Shown in pieces: positions 36,531 to 45,809 of a stretch of 50,954 nt of DNA. This DNA is from Thermoplasmata archaeon (GTDB lineage: Archaea; Thermoplasmatota; Thermoplasmata; Sysuiplasmatales; Sysuiplasmataceae). The stretch covers positions 1-50,954 of the forward strand of contig JAKAPY010000001.1 in the NCBI GenBank assembly GCA_021811925.1, written 5' to 3'. How positions within the stretch are numbered: position 1 is the stretch's first letter; each line of letters starts with the position of its first letter. Position numbers and translations under genes: made by a program. The notes under the pieces are model-generated. The model worked only from the letters and a program-made list of their open reading frames with translations. It did no database searches and was not told where the DNA came from.

Positions 36531-36632
36531 TCCTTACTCTCAACATATTACAACAATCGGGGATAAAACCCTTGCCAAACAACATTGCTGTCCCAGACAG
36601 AATATAAATCGGACGGACTTGTTTCTGATTTG

Positions 36633-37148
36633 ATGAAGGAGTTTACGCTCTTTGGGCCATCGGAAGTGCACAGTGTAATCAAGGGTGGTTTCTGCATTTC
36701 GGTCTTTGCAGTGATAAGCAAGGGACAGCGCTACCTTCTTGTCAGGCCCGCCAGCCATCCCAAATGGAAGGAGGAATGGGCTCCCAACTGGCGCATATAC
36801 TCTGAAGATGGAGTCAGGAACGAGCTGGAAAAGTGGCGTTTTCCAAGTTCATACATAATGGAAGGGGAGCACCCTGATTCGACACTCGAAAGAATACTGA
36901 AGGACCAGCTCGGGATTGAGCGATATTCGGCCGGTGCAACTTCCCTTCTCAACTTCTACGAGCCGAGCCGCAGATATCCTGGTCAGCATCACTGGGACTA
37001 CTGTTTCGTCTACCATGTCCAGTCGGAGGAAATGCCTCCATCATCTCCCTGGCTTGCGGAAGCAAGGTACTTTCCCGCTCATGAGATTGGTACGGTCGCC
37101 TTTGGCAGCGCCCAGGGTGCGATAGCGGCAACTCTCCAGTCTGCATGA
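36633..37148 (+). CDS. Nudix-fold-like protein with a degenerate Nudix box
   Basis: The segment SYIMEGEHPDSTLERILKDQLGI aligns to GX5EX7REUXEEXGU. It keeps the E, R and G positions, but the REUXEE glutamates read I, D and Q and the first G reads S. The start is uncertain (36585 or 36633). Confidence 0.5.
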   Translation: MKEFTLFGPSEVHSVIKGGFCISVFAVISKGQRYLLVRPASHPKWKEEWAPNWRIYSEDGVRNELEKWRFPSSYIMEGEHPDSTLERILKDQLGIERYSAGATSLLNFYEPSRRYPGQHHWDYCFVYHVQSEEMPPSSPWLAEARYFPAHEIGTVAFGSAQGAIAATLQSA

Positions 37149-37298
37149 GACATATGCGCATCGTTGGCCTTGAGGCGAATCGTTTTCCAACCGCAGAACT
37201 GCAGTGATCGGCAATACTGTGCGCAACTGTCCGCAATGACCAGGCAGCCGTTGCATTGTTTAGGCATACTGTTTTATCCATGGTTTTGATAATTTGCC

Positions 37299-38273
37299 AT
37301 GATGAAATTCGGCATACTTGGTCTAGGAAATCATGCGAAAAGCAGAGTGATGCCCGCAATCGCCAAGGCGGGGCATGAGATTAGCGCGATTTACAGCAGG
37401 AAAATAGAGAAGGCAAGGGAAGAAGGCTCGAAGTATTCCTCCAGGGCGTACGACAGCCTGGAAGGGTTCATGAAGTCGGGAATAGATGCGGTGTACATTG
37501 CTTCTCCCAACTTCCTGCACTATGAGCAGGCCAAGCAATCCCTTCTGAACGGCAAGCATGTACTGCTTGAGAAGCAGATGACTCTTCGCAACGACCATGC
37601 ATCAGAGCTTGTCAGGCTTGCAGCCGATAAGGGACTGGCCCTTGCGGTTGGTTTCCACCTGCGTTTTCATCCGGCCATCGGGCAGGTCAGGAAGATGATT
37701 CAGGATGGAAGGCTGGGTGAGTTGACATACATTTCCGGCATGTGGGCCGGCTACTCATCCAGAAACTACGACAATCCAGACAACAAGTGGTGGATGGAAG
37801 ACGATCAGGCCGGCGGCGGTTCGGTCATGGGGACGGGCGTGCATGTCATGGACACAATCAATTACATTGCAGGTGAAGCACCGCAGTCAGTGAGCTGTTT
37901 CAAGATCCCGCGCGGAGCTGTAATCGATACCACCGAACAGGTGGGCATACAGTATCCCTCGGTGGTGGCAAGCGCTGTCTCATCACGCAGAATAAGAAAC
38001 TCGGAGAACAGTCTCGTTGTCTGCGGGACAGGCGGGACGGTCACCGTCAGGGGCATGTTCTCGACCGATGTCAATTCAAAGCTCCTGCTCGGCGCCGAGC
38101 CGATTGAGCAATACAGCGGTCTGAACATGTATGAGGAGGAAGTGAAGGCTTTCAATGACATGGCCCGGGGACACAGCAGTGTTATAGCCACGGGCTCCGA
38201 CGGGGAACTTGTAGTCAGAATGGTCAATGCCGCCTCTGCCGCCGAGAAGGAAGGAAGAAGCGTGAAACTGTAG
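37299..38273 (+). CDS. Gfo/Idh/MocA-family NAD(P)-dependent oxidoreductase
   Basis: The N-terminal Rossmann segment is present (MMKFGILGLGNHAKSRVMPAI), as is the family-typical VLLEKQM (EKP-like) segment. Confidence 0.85.
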   Translation: MMKFGILGLGNHAKSRVMPAIAKAGHEISAIYSRKIEKAREEGSKYSSRAYDSLEGFMKSGIDAVYIASPNFLHYEQAKQSLLNGKHVLLEKQMTLRNDHASELVRLAADKGLALAVGFHLRFHPAIGQVRKMIQDGRLGELTYISGMWAGYSSRNYDNPDNKWWMEDDQAGGGSVMGTGVHVMDTINYIAGEAPQSVSCFKIPRGAVIDTTEQVGIQYPSVVASAVSSRRIRNSENSLVVCGTGGTVTVRGMFSTDVNSKLLLGAEPIEQYSGLNMYEEEVKAFNDMARGHSSVIATGSDGELVVRMVNAASAAEKEGRSVKL

Positions 38274-38323
38274 TCCTCCCGGCTGCAGCATGAAAGCATG
38301 CAGGTGCATCCGGGCAGGGATGC

Positions 38324-38605
38324 TCAGACGTTGTATATCCTGTGATAGGGTCTTCCCGTCAGCATGTGCGAGCCACCCGACTTTGCACCGCTGAACTCCC
38401 TGGACTTGATGAACGATTCAAAGGAATCCCTGTCCTTCCATTCGGAGTAAATGAGATAGCTGCCAGTTTTGTCGACTCTCTTGTAAAGGAGAGCGGACAC
38501 AAAACCGTTCATCTTCTTTATTTCGTCTACGACGACCTCAAAGAATTTTTCGAAATCGCTTTCTCTGCCGGGAACAACGTCATAATACAAACCGACCGTA
38601 AGCAT
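38324..38605 (-). CDS. ABM (antibiotic biosynthesis monooxygenase) fold protein
   Basis: I trimmed the ORF to ATG 38605 (MLTVGLYYDVVPGRESDFEKFF...YLIYSEWKDRDSFESFIKSREF), giving about 93 aa, typical of the ferredoxin-like ABM domain. The track ORF extends to 38758. Confidence 0.62.
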   Translation of the reverse strand: MLTVGLYYDVVPGRESDFEKFFEVVVDEIKKMNGFVSALLYKRVDKTGSYLIYSEWKDRDSFESFIKSREFSGAKSGGSHMLTGRPYHRIYNV

Positions 38606-38867
38606 GGATTCGCCGTTTGATTGAAGACGGAACTTGTATTTTAGCAGGCGTGATCCATCAAGCGCTGTAAATGCGGTCAGCCAAGTGTCAAGCATAATGA
38701 CACCAGGTCGGCGGGGATGGCGCTGTTTTCGAACGGGAGAATCGGATGCAGATCCCAAGGCTCACGGGAGGGCCAAGGCTCTGCTCTGTCCGCTTCACCT
38801 GTCCGTGGCAAAAGATACGTTTGAATAAGTGAAGCTTTTAGAGCCAGATTGTTCTGGAACAGAAGTG

Positions 38868-39566
38868 ATGCCTGTGGACGGAAATGCTAAGGAAGGTTCA
38901 TTTGTCCAGTTTGCGGTATTCAAGCTTGATTCGAATTGGCAGGCGCTTGGCCTGGACGAGAGGAGAAAAGGAGTGGCTGCCTTTCTTGATTCCCTTGGTG
39001 GAAGGAGTGTTTACACGCACATCTACCTGCTCTCGGGCCTGAAGGCGTCGTCCGACATACTTCTGTGGAAGATAGCGAAGAATGCAGAAGACCTCCAGGA
39101 CAGTCACATCGCAATGAAGCGGACAGTTTTCGGCTCGCACCTTTCAGACGTGGCGATATACACCGGTGTCACAAAGCCCTCCACTTATACAAGGACCGAG
39201 AGCGAGCTGGAATTCCTTGCCTCTGCAGAGAAGAGGAAGAAATACATCTCATTTTACCCGTTCACGAAAACGGTTGAATGGTATCTCCTGGCATATGAGA
39301 AGAGGAGGAAGATAATGTCAGACCACATCGCTATCGGCAAAAAGTTTCCAGAAGTGTCACAGGTGCTGCTTTACTCCTTCGGTGCCGACGACCAGGAATT
39401 TGTCGTTGCCTACGAGATGGACGACATGAAGCAATACATAGACTGTGTCATGGCGCTCAGGGAGAGCGAAAGCAGGCTTTACACTAAAGTCGACACACCC
39501 GTATTCACTGGTGTAAGAAAGAAGCCGGAGGAGCTTCTCTCTCTGTTTGGTGGTATCAACGAATGA
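38868..39566 (+). CDS. chdC: Chlorite-dismutase-family protein, probable coproheme decarboxylase (HemQ/ChdC)
   Basis: The Cld/HemQ-like pattern is present: FAVFKLDSNWQALGLDERR...ISFYPFTKTVEWYLLAYEKRRKIMSDHIAIGKKF...FVVAYEMDDMKQYIDCVMALRESESRLYT. It lies immediately upstream of, and overlaps, hemE. A GTG at 38829 is an alternative start. Confidence 0.78.
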   Translation: MPVDGNAKEGSFVQFAVFKLDSNWQALGLDERRKGVAAFLDSLGGRSVYTHIYLLSGLKASSDILLWKIAKNAEDLQDSHIAMKRTVFGSHLSDVAIYTGVTKPSTYTRTESELEFLASAEKRKKYISFYPFTKTVEWYLLAYEKRRKIMSDHIAIGKKFPEVSQVLLYSFGADDQEFVVAYEMDDMKQYIDCVMALRESESRLYTKVDTPVFTGVRKKPEELLSLFGGINE

Positions 39567-40587
39567 CAGGCTTCTGAAGGCTTGCCGCCTTGAGCGGACC
39601 GATGTCCGGCCGGTCTGGTTCATGAGACAGGCGGGCAGATACATGAAGGACTACAGGGAAATAAGAAAGAAGCATGAAATGCTCGAAATATGCAGGACTC
39701 CGGAACTCTCAGCCACGGTCGCAGCAATGCCTGTAGAGAGTTTCGGCGTTGACGCTGCGATTCTCTTTTCAGACATAATGATACCGCTGCTTGAGATGGG
39801 AGTCGGCCTGCAGATAGTGGAAGACGTGGGTCCTGTCCTTGACCGCCCTGTTCGCTCGATAGAGGACGTGAGGGCACTGGAGAAGCTGGAACCCGGCAGT
39901 GTGTCCTATGTGGCAGAATCAATCAGACTGACCAGGAAAGCGCTGAATGACAGCGTCCCCGTCATTGGTTTCTCTGGCGCGCCGTTCACTCTGGCAAGCT
40001 ACCTGATCGAGGGAAGGGGCTCCAGTAACTACCTGAATGTAAAGTCAATGATGTACACAAGACCGGACGCATGGCGCCTGCTCATGGAGAAGCTCTCCAG
40101 GGCGGTGACGGACTACCTGATGGAACAGGCCAGGGCCGGCTGTAAGGTTGTTCAGTTGTTCGACAGCTGGGCAGGAGCACTTTCGGCAGAAGACTACAGT
40201 GCCTACGTGCTGCCATACATGTGTGAAATAGCTGAAAGGCTCGCCGCCGCAGGCCTGACTGTCATAAACTTCTCAACGGGCAACAGCGCGCTTCTACCGC
40301 TGATGAAGTGCAGGGGTGTTGGTGTGATATCAGTGGACTGGAAGGTCAACCTGGATGATGCGTGGCGCATGATTGGCTATGATGTCGCAGTCCAGGGGAA
40401 TCTTGATCCTGCTGTGATGCTTGCCGACAGGGACTTCATGGTCGGCCGGGCAAAGGCAATACTCGGGCGGACTTCAGGGAGGAACGGGCACATCTTCAAT
40501 CTCGGACACGGAATGCTGAAGGATACACCCGAGGAGAACGTGAAAGCGCTTGTGGAATTTGTCCACGGCTGGGAGTGGGACAAATGA
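39547..40587 (+). CDS. hemE: Uroporphyrinogen decarboxylase
   Basis: The signature RPVWFMRQAGRYMKDYREIR is present, and the length (346 aa) is typical. The GTG start overlaps the chdC end by 20 nt. Confidence 0.9.
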   Translation: MVVSTNDRLLKACRLERTDVRPVWFMRQAGRYMKDYREIRKKHEMLEICRTPELSATVAAMPVESFGVDAAILFSDIMIPLLEMGVGLQIVEDVGPVLDRPVRSIEDVRALEKLEPGSVSYVAESIRLTRKALNDSVPVIGFSGAPFTLASYLIEGRGSSNYLNVKSMMYTRPDAWRLLMEKLSRAVTDYLMEQARAGCKVVQLFDSWAGALSAEDYSAYVLPYMCEIAERLAAAGLTVINFSTGNSALLPLMKCRGVGVISVDWKVNLDDAWRMIGYDVAVQGNLDPAVMLADRDFMVGRAKAILGRTSGRNGHIFNLGHGMLKDTPEENVKALVEFVHGWEWDK

Positions 40588-41471
40588 AGGCCGTGCTTCT
40601 GACGGCATACGGATCTCCTTCGGGCATTGATGACGTTGAACGCTACTACACAAAGATACTGGGAGGAAGGAAGCCGCCCGCGGCGCTCCTGGAGGAACTC
40701 AGGTCGAGGTATGCTGCGATTGGAGGCATTTCCCCCCTTACGGAAATCACAAGCAGGCAGGTCAGGTCCCTCCAGGCCATGCTCTTTTCTCTTGGCAGCA
40801 ACATTGCCGTCCGCGTGGGCATGAAATACTCCCACCCGTTCATCGACGAAGTCGTCTCGAGTATGAATGAGGAGGGTGTCACGAGCATGCTCCTGCTGCC
40901 TCTCACACCTTTCAACTCGTCCGTCGGCGCCGAGAGTTACCTGAAGATCGCCCTCGAAGCAGTCGGCACCGCGGGGCACAGGGTGACAATATCGTCACCC
41001 GGGCCGTGGCATTTGAACGACCATTTTGTCGAATGCTGGGAAAAACTCATTAACACCGAGCTGCGCGGGAATGAGCATGTAATCTTCACCGCCCACAGCA
41101 TACCGAAGAAGTACATAGATGCCGGCGAACCCTACATGGAGCAGCTCGAGGAACTTGCCTCCCTGCTTGGGAGGAAGCTGGGGATTGCCGACTCAGAACT
41201 TGCATTCCAGAGCGCTGGAAGGACGAGCGAGGAATGGATCGGCCCGTCACTGAGTGAGAGGATTGCAGCGCTTGGAAGGGATGGTCATTCGGAAGCGCTC
41301 ATTGTTCCAATAGGCTTTGTTTCCGAGCACCTTGAGGTTCTCTACGACATAGACATAGAGGCGAAGGAAGCTGCATCAAGGGCTGGCATGTCTGTCAGGA
41401 GGACAGCGCTGCCAGACGATCATCCGCTCTTTATCAGGGCTCTTGCCGATGTGTGCCTTGCCTCACGCTGA
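40584..41471 (+). CDS. hemH: Ferrochelatase (likely coproporphyrin ferrochelatase, given context)
   Basis: Family segments are present: MKAVLLTAYGSPSGIDDVERYY...SPLTEIT...FTAHSIPKKY...IGFVSEHLEVLYDIDIE. ATG 40584 overlaps the hemE stop (ATGA). Confidence 0.88.
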   Translation: MKAVLLTAYGSPSGIDDVERYYTKILGGRKPPAALLEELRSRYAAIGGISPLTEITSRQVRSLQAMLFSLGSNIAVRVGMKYSHPFIDEVVSSMNEEGVTSMLLLPLTPFNSSVGAESYLKIALEAVGTAGHRVTISSPGPWHLNDHFVECWEKLINTELRGNEHVIFTAHSIPKKYIDAGEPYMEQLEELASLLGRKLGIADSELAFQSAGRTSEEWIGPSLSERIAALGRDGHSEALIVPIGFVSEHLEVLYDIDIEAKEAASRAGMSVRRTALPDDHPLFIRALADVCLASR

Positions 41472-41480
41472 ATCTGCCCG

Positions 41481-42848
41481 TCAACTGCCCGCAGAACAGT
41501 AGGCCGCTGCCGAATCTACAGCCCTTTTCGCATCTGCCACGCATGAAGATATGCCGACCCCGGAAAACGCGGCTCCCGCCATGAACAGGCCAGGTGGACA
41601 CAGTGAGTGTATTTTTGCCACCAGTTCCATGTGGCCCACACCGTACCGGGGAAGCGCATTTTGCCATCTTGTCACGATGAATTGCAGCGGCTTACCGTTG
41701 ATTTTCACAATTGCACCCAGCTCCCGATGCAGTTCGGCTGCAAGCTCCTCATCGCCCAAATCCATCCAACTCACACTGTCTGGTGTTCCGACAAAGCATC
41801 TGACAAGGTAAAGGTCCTCGGATTCTGCGCTGGACCATTTCGAAGAGAGCCAGGTGCAACCTGTCATAAGGAGACCCTCCTTCTCGGGAACCAGGAAACC
41901 ACTCCCTTCCACCGGCGGTTTGAAATCTGCCGGCCCGTAGCCAAAAACGACATTGGCGACCGAAGTATAGGGGATTTCGGCGAGCGCCGATGAGAGCGCC
42001 GCTTCACTCTTGAGAACCGGGGCCGCAGAGTGAGCAGGGAGGCATGCTATGACGGCGTCCGACTCAATTTCCAGCCCTTCTCCAGTGATATGCCAGCGCC
42101 CTTCCCTCCTGGACAGTTCCCTGACCTCAACACCCGTTTTCTTCTGCACGTTCCCTGTTGCAGCATTGAGCTTGTCTGTCAGCTCCGCTACCCCGCCTTT
42201 GAAGGAGAAGAAGGGCATTGACTGTGCCACTGATGCACGGGCGCGAGATGCTCTGAGAATGCTCCTGCTGTTCTTGGCCAAAGAGAACACTCCAGGCATC
42301 AGCTCCCTGGCACTGAGGTAGCTTGAATTGCATGACATCAGTCCGCCTATGAGCGGGTCGACAAGCGTTGTCTTGAACTCTCGCCCGAACCTGCTCTCGG
42401 CCAGCTTTCCTATTGAGATGTCTTCGGCTACCTCGGTTCTAGGCAGCACAAGATCCATCGCTGTCCGGGCTATTCCCTGAAAGGAGAGCACATGCGTACG
42501 CCATAATGGGAGAAGTCCATGTGAAGGATAGCCGCCGAACACGCCTTCAGGGATGGGTCTCAGCCTGTTCCTTGTCCACAGGTATGATTTGCTGGTCTTG
42601 GGCCTGATAATGTTCTGCTCAAGTCCGAGGTCACTGCACAGTCCTGTGATGACGCTGTTTCTTGCCACAATGCTGTCCGGTCCCGCTTCCGCGACTGCAT
42701 TTCCAATCCTGTTGGTGAGCAGTTTTCCCCCAAGCCTTTCCGATGATTCCACCAGAGAGATGGAGGCGCCGGGCACCGATTGCTGGATGAAGTAGGCAGC
42801 GGCAAGTCCTGTTACCCCGCCGCCGATAACAGTGATGGCCTTCATCAA
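41481..42848 (-). CDS. hemY: HemY-type FAD-dependent (copro/proto)porphyrinogen oxidase
   Basis: An N-terminal dinucleotide fold is present (ITVIGGGVTGLAAAYF). The C-terminal segment RWQNALPRYGVGH...AGAAFSGVGISSCV is typical of HemY/CgoX. Confidence 0.85.
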   Translation of the reverse strand: MMKAITVIGGGVTGLAAAYFIQQSVPGASISLVESSERLGGKLLTNRIGNAVAEAGPDSIVARNSVITGLCSDLGLEQNIIRPKTSKSYLWTRNRLRPIPEGVFGGYPSHGLLPLWRTHVLSFQGIARTAMDLVLPRTEVAEDISIGKLAESRFGREFKTTLVDPLIGGLMSCNSSYLSARELMPGVFSLAKNSRSILRASRARASVAQSMPFFSFKGGVAELTDKLNAATGNVQKKTGVEVRELSRREGRWHITGEGLEIESDAVIACLPAHSAAPVLKSEAALSSALAEIPYTSVANVVFGYGPADFKPPVEGSGFLVPEKEGLLMTGCTWLSSKWSSAESEDLYLVRCFVGTPDSVSWMDLGDEELAAELHRELGAIVKINGKPLQFIVTRWQNALPRYGVGHMELVAKIHSLCPPGLFMAGAAFSGVGISSCVADAKRAVDSAAAYCSAGS

Positions 42849-43005
42849 ATCCCTTGTTTCTTTGGACGGGACATGCTACATTGACTGACTATTTACAACT
42901 TCCAGCCGATTCACTCCTCCTGTGTGGCCGCGGGCACTATCAAGCTTAATTATGTGTCATGAATAACTTCAAGCCAAACAGAAAGACAGTGCGAAGGTAG
43001 TTCAT

Positions 43006-43977
43006 ATGGCTTTTCCGACGACCAGGCTGCGAAGGCTCAGGACGAACGAAAAAATCAGGGATATGCTGACTGAAACAAGGATCCATCCCTCCCGGCTTGT
43101 TTATCCCATGTTCGTGGACGAACGGCTGAATGGGAAAAAGGAGCTTGAGCTTATGCCCGGCCAGTTCACATATGCAGCAGGCGAAGTCGGTGAAGTTGCT
43201 TCACTGCTTGAGGAGAAGGGAATTAACGCAGTCCTTCTCTTTGGCGTTCCGCGAAAGAAGGACGCGGGTGGCACGCAGGCATTTTCCAGGCAGGGAATTG
43301 TTCAGAAGGCAATCAGGGAGATAAGGAGCCACAGCTCCATACTCATCGCTTCCGATCTCTGCCTGTGTGAGTACACTTCAAACGGCCAGTGCGGTATTGT
43401 GAAGTCTGGGAGTGTTGACAATGACACAACACTCGAGACATATTCGAAGATAGCACTTTCCCACGCGGAGGCAGGTGCTGACATCATCGCGCCAAGCGGC
43501 ATGATGGATGGCCAGGTCGCAGCAATAAGAAGAACTCTTGACGGCAACGGCTACGGCGAAAGGGCAGTCATGGCCTATGCCTCCAAAAGTGCATCTTCCT
43601 TCTACGGCCCGTTCAGGGAAGCTGCAGAAAGCGCGCCATCGGATGGCGACAGAAAGGGATACCAGATCAATTATGCAAACTTCCGCGAGTCAATGCATGA
43701 GCTTAAGCTTGACTTTGACGAGGGGGCGGATATCCTGATGGTCAAGCCAGCACTGCTCAACCTCGACATAATACACGGTGCCAGGAGCAGGTTCGACGTG
43801 CCCATTGCCGCCTTCAACGTAAGCGGCGAATACTCGATGGTCAGGGCCGCCTCAAGTGCTGGAATACTTGATTACAAGCAGGCAGTGCTTGAGATAGCCA
43901 CATCCATATTCAGGGCAGGGGCCGACTTGCTTATCACCTATCACGCTCAGGAGCTTGCGGAATGGGTCTTGCAGTGA
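43006..43977 (+). CDS. hemB: Porphobilinogen synthase (ALA dehydratase), Zn-type
   Basis: The N-terminus (TRLRRLRTNEKIRDM), the cysteine-rich metal site (DLCLCEYTSNGQCG) and the active-site lysine region (MVKPA) are present. Confidence 0.92.
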   Translation: MAFPTTRLRRLRTNEKIRDMLTETRIHPSRLVYPMFVDERLNGKKELELMPGQFTYAAGEVGEVASLLEEKGINAVLLFGVPRKKDAGGTQAFSRQGIVQKAIREIRSHSSILIASDLCLCEYTSNGQCGIVKSGSVDNDTTLETYSKIALSHAEAGADIIAPSGMMDGQVAAIRRTLDGNGYGERAVMAYASKSASSFYGPFREAAESAPSDGDRKGYQINYANFRESMHELKLDFDEGADILMVKPALLNLDIIHGARSRFDVPIAAFNVSGEYSMVRAASSAGILDYKQAVLEIATSIFRAGADLLITYHAQELAEWVLQ

Positions 43978-43978
43978 G

Positions 43979-44890
43979 GTGGGTTTGCTGAGCTTCAGGC
44001 TGGGAACGAGGGGAAGCAGCCTTGCAATGGCGCAGGCAGATGAAATTGCAGGAATTCTTGCCGATTCCGGCCTCCCGGACGGCATCGAGATAGTTGCCGT
44101 GAGCACCACAGGCGATTCGGAGGAAATGAAGAGGAGGCCGCTGGAGGGCTCATTTGTCGATGAAATAAACAGGCTTGTGCTGGAAGGAAGCATAGACGGC
44201 GGCATCCACAGCATGAAGGATGTTCCCGTCAGGCTGCCGGCCGGGCTTTGCGCATCGGTGATACCAAGGAGAAGGAACAGGGTGGACTGTCTAGTCTCCG
44301 GAGCATACTATACAAGGTTGCCACCCGATTCCACCGTGGGGACTTCCAGCGCGAGGAGAATATCGCAGCTTCTGCATGCCCGCAGCAATCTGAGGCCGGT
44401 GCTGTTGCGCGGGAACGTGACAACCAGGATTGCAAAAGTGAAGGCTGGAGAAGTGGATGCAGTAATGCTCGCTTTGTGCGGACTCGAAAGACTCGGTTTC
44501 AGCGGTGAGGGAGACGTGCGGGTGCACAGCCTTCCTGCGGAACAGTTCGTACCTGCCGCGGGGCAGGGGGCGCTAGCCCTGGTAACAAGGAAAGACAGGC
44601 TCCCCGAGGGTGTGGTGGAAAGGGCTGATCATGCAGCCACCAGGTCCGAAGTGGAGCTGGAACGATCGGTGCTGGACATGCTGGGCGCCGGATGCAACTC
44701 CCCCCTCGGTGTAAACGCCCAGGCGATCGGGAGCGGCTTGCACCTCAGGGTGCAATTGCTCTCAAGAGACGGTGTTTTCGAAAGGAAGGTATCGACTTAC
44801 ATCAAGAGCCGTGAGGAACTGGCTGAAAAGCTCGTGCCTTTCACCGACCAGGTGTCAACATCCATACTTAATGACGGAAATAATCCATGA
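43979..44890 (+). CDS. hemC: Hydroxymethylbilane synthase (porphobilinogen deaminase)
   Basis: Family segments are present: RLGTRGSSLAMAQA...HSMKDVP...VGTSSARR...GAGCNSPLG (dipyrromethane cysteine). I trimmed the start to GTG 43979, directly after the hemB stop. The track start was 43955. Confidence 0.88.
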   Translation: MGLLSFRLGTRGSSLAMAQADEIAGILADSGLPDGIEIVAVSTTGDSEEMKRRPLEGSFVDEINRLVLEGSIDGGIHSMKDVPVRLPAGLCASVIPRRRNRVDCLVSGAYYTRLPPDSTVGTSSARRISQLLHARSNLRPVLLRGNVTTRIAKVKAGEVDAVMLALCGLERLGFSGEGDVRVHSLPAEQFVPAAGQGALALVTRKDRLPEGVVERADHAATRSEVELERSVLDMLGAGCNSPLGVNAQAIGSGLHLRVQLLSRDGVFERKVSTYIKSREELAEKLVPFTDQVSTSILNDGNNP

Positions 44891-44942
44891 GACTTACACG
44901 CAAGCCTGCTTGCAGCATCCGGTGTTCGCCGGGCGGAGGGCG

Positions 44943-45758
44943 ATGGCAATGGTCAAGATAGCACTTATGAGGCCAGAGGACAGGGCGGGAAAGGCAGTTG
45001 AATACTGCAGGATGAAGGGCCTCGAACCGCTCGTGGCCCCGGCCATCGGGATAAGGGATATGGATGCCGAAGAGAGCGAAGTCCGTCGCTGGCTGGGCCG
45101 AAGCGATATTTGCATTTTCATGAGCTCGACCGCTGTTGACAGGTTCTTTTCACTCGGGAGTGACTGCACTGATGCCCTGATGCGAAAAGGGATGAATGTT
45201 GTTGCCGTGGGAAAGGCAACGTCGATTCGTCTTGACGCACACTCCATGGCAAATTCAGTGCCATCCATCTACTCGTCGGAGGGGCTTGTAGAATACATAA
45301 AATCCCTTGAGGGGGCAAAAGGGCCGGCAGTCGTGTTCAGAAGCGATAGCGGCACAGGGCTATTGAAGAACGGTCTTGGTGCGGCCGGGCTGGAAGTGAA
45401 GGAGTTTGCTGTGTATGCTATAACAATGCCGGAAGATACCGGCCCCATCAACAGAGTCATTGCAGACATCCTCCGCGGACAGGGTTACATACTTCCATTT
45501 TCAAGCAGCATGATGGTCAGGAATTTTTTCAGTTTGGCCGGCTCACTCGACAGGAAGGGAGCGATGCCTTCGGCAATTGTCAACTGCAGCATTTGGGCCA
45601 TAGGTGCGGAGACCGCGGCAGAGCTCAAAGTGCAGACTTCCGCTCCTGTCAGCATCGCATCGAGCGCTGACTTTGAATCGATGCTTGGCGAAATCGCTGA
45701 CACCATTCAAGGCAAGGATCGCAGGGCGAAGCACCACCGCAGCGACAAGAATTTTTAG
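44943..45758 (+). CDS. hemD: Uroporphyrinogen-III synthase
   Basis: The pattern is HEM4-like: ICIFMSSTAVDRFF, VVAVGKATSIRL, YSSEGLVEYI and ILPFSSSMMVRNFF. It sits directly downstream of hemC. I trimmed the start to ATG 44943; the track start was 44772. Confidence 0.75.
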   Translation: MAMVKIALMRPEDRAGKAVEYCRMKGLEPLVAPAIGIRDMDAEESEVRRWLGRSDICIFMSSTAVDRFFSLGSDCTDALMRKGMNVVAVGKATSIRLDAHSMANSVPSIYSSEGLVEYIKSLEGAKGPAVVFRSDSGTGLLKNGLGAAGLEVKEFAVYAITMPEDTGPINRVIADILRGQGYILPFSSSMMVRNFFSLAGSLDRKGAMPSAIVNCSIWAIGAETAAELKVQTSAPVSIASSADFESMLGEIADTIQGKDRRAKHHRSDKNF

Positions 45759-45809
45759 CTCCGCCTGCTTTCGATTCAAAAAGGGCTGTAACCCCCGGTG
45801 CCGATTTGA

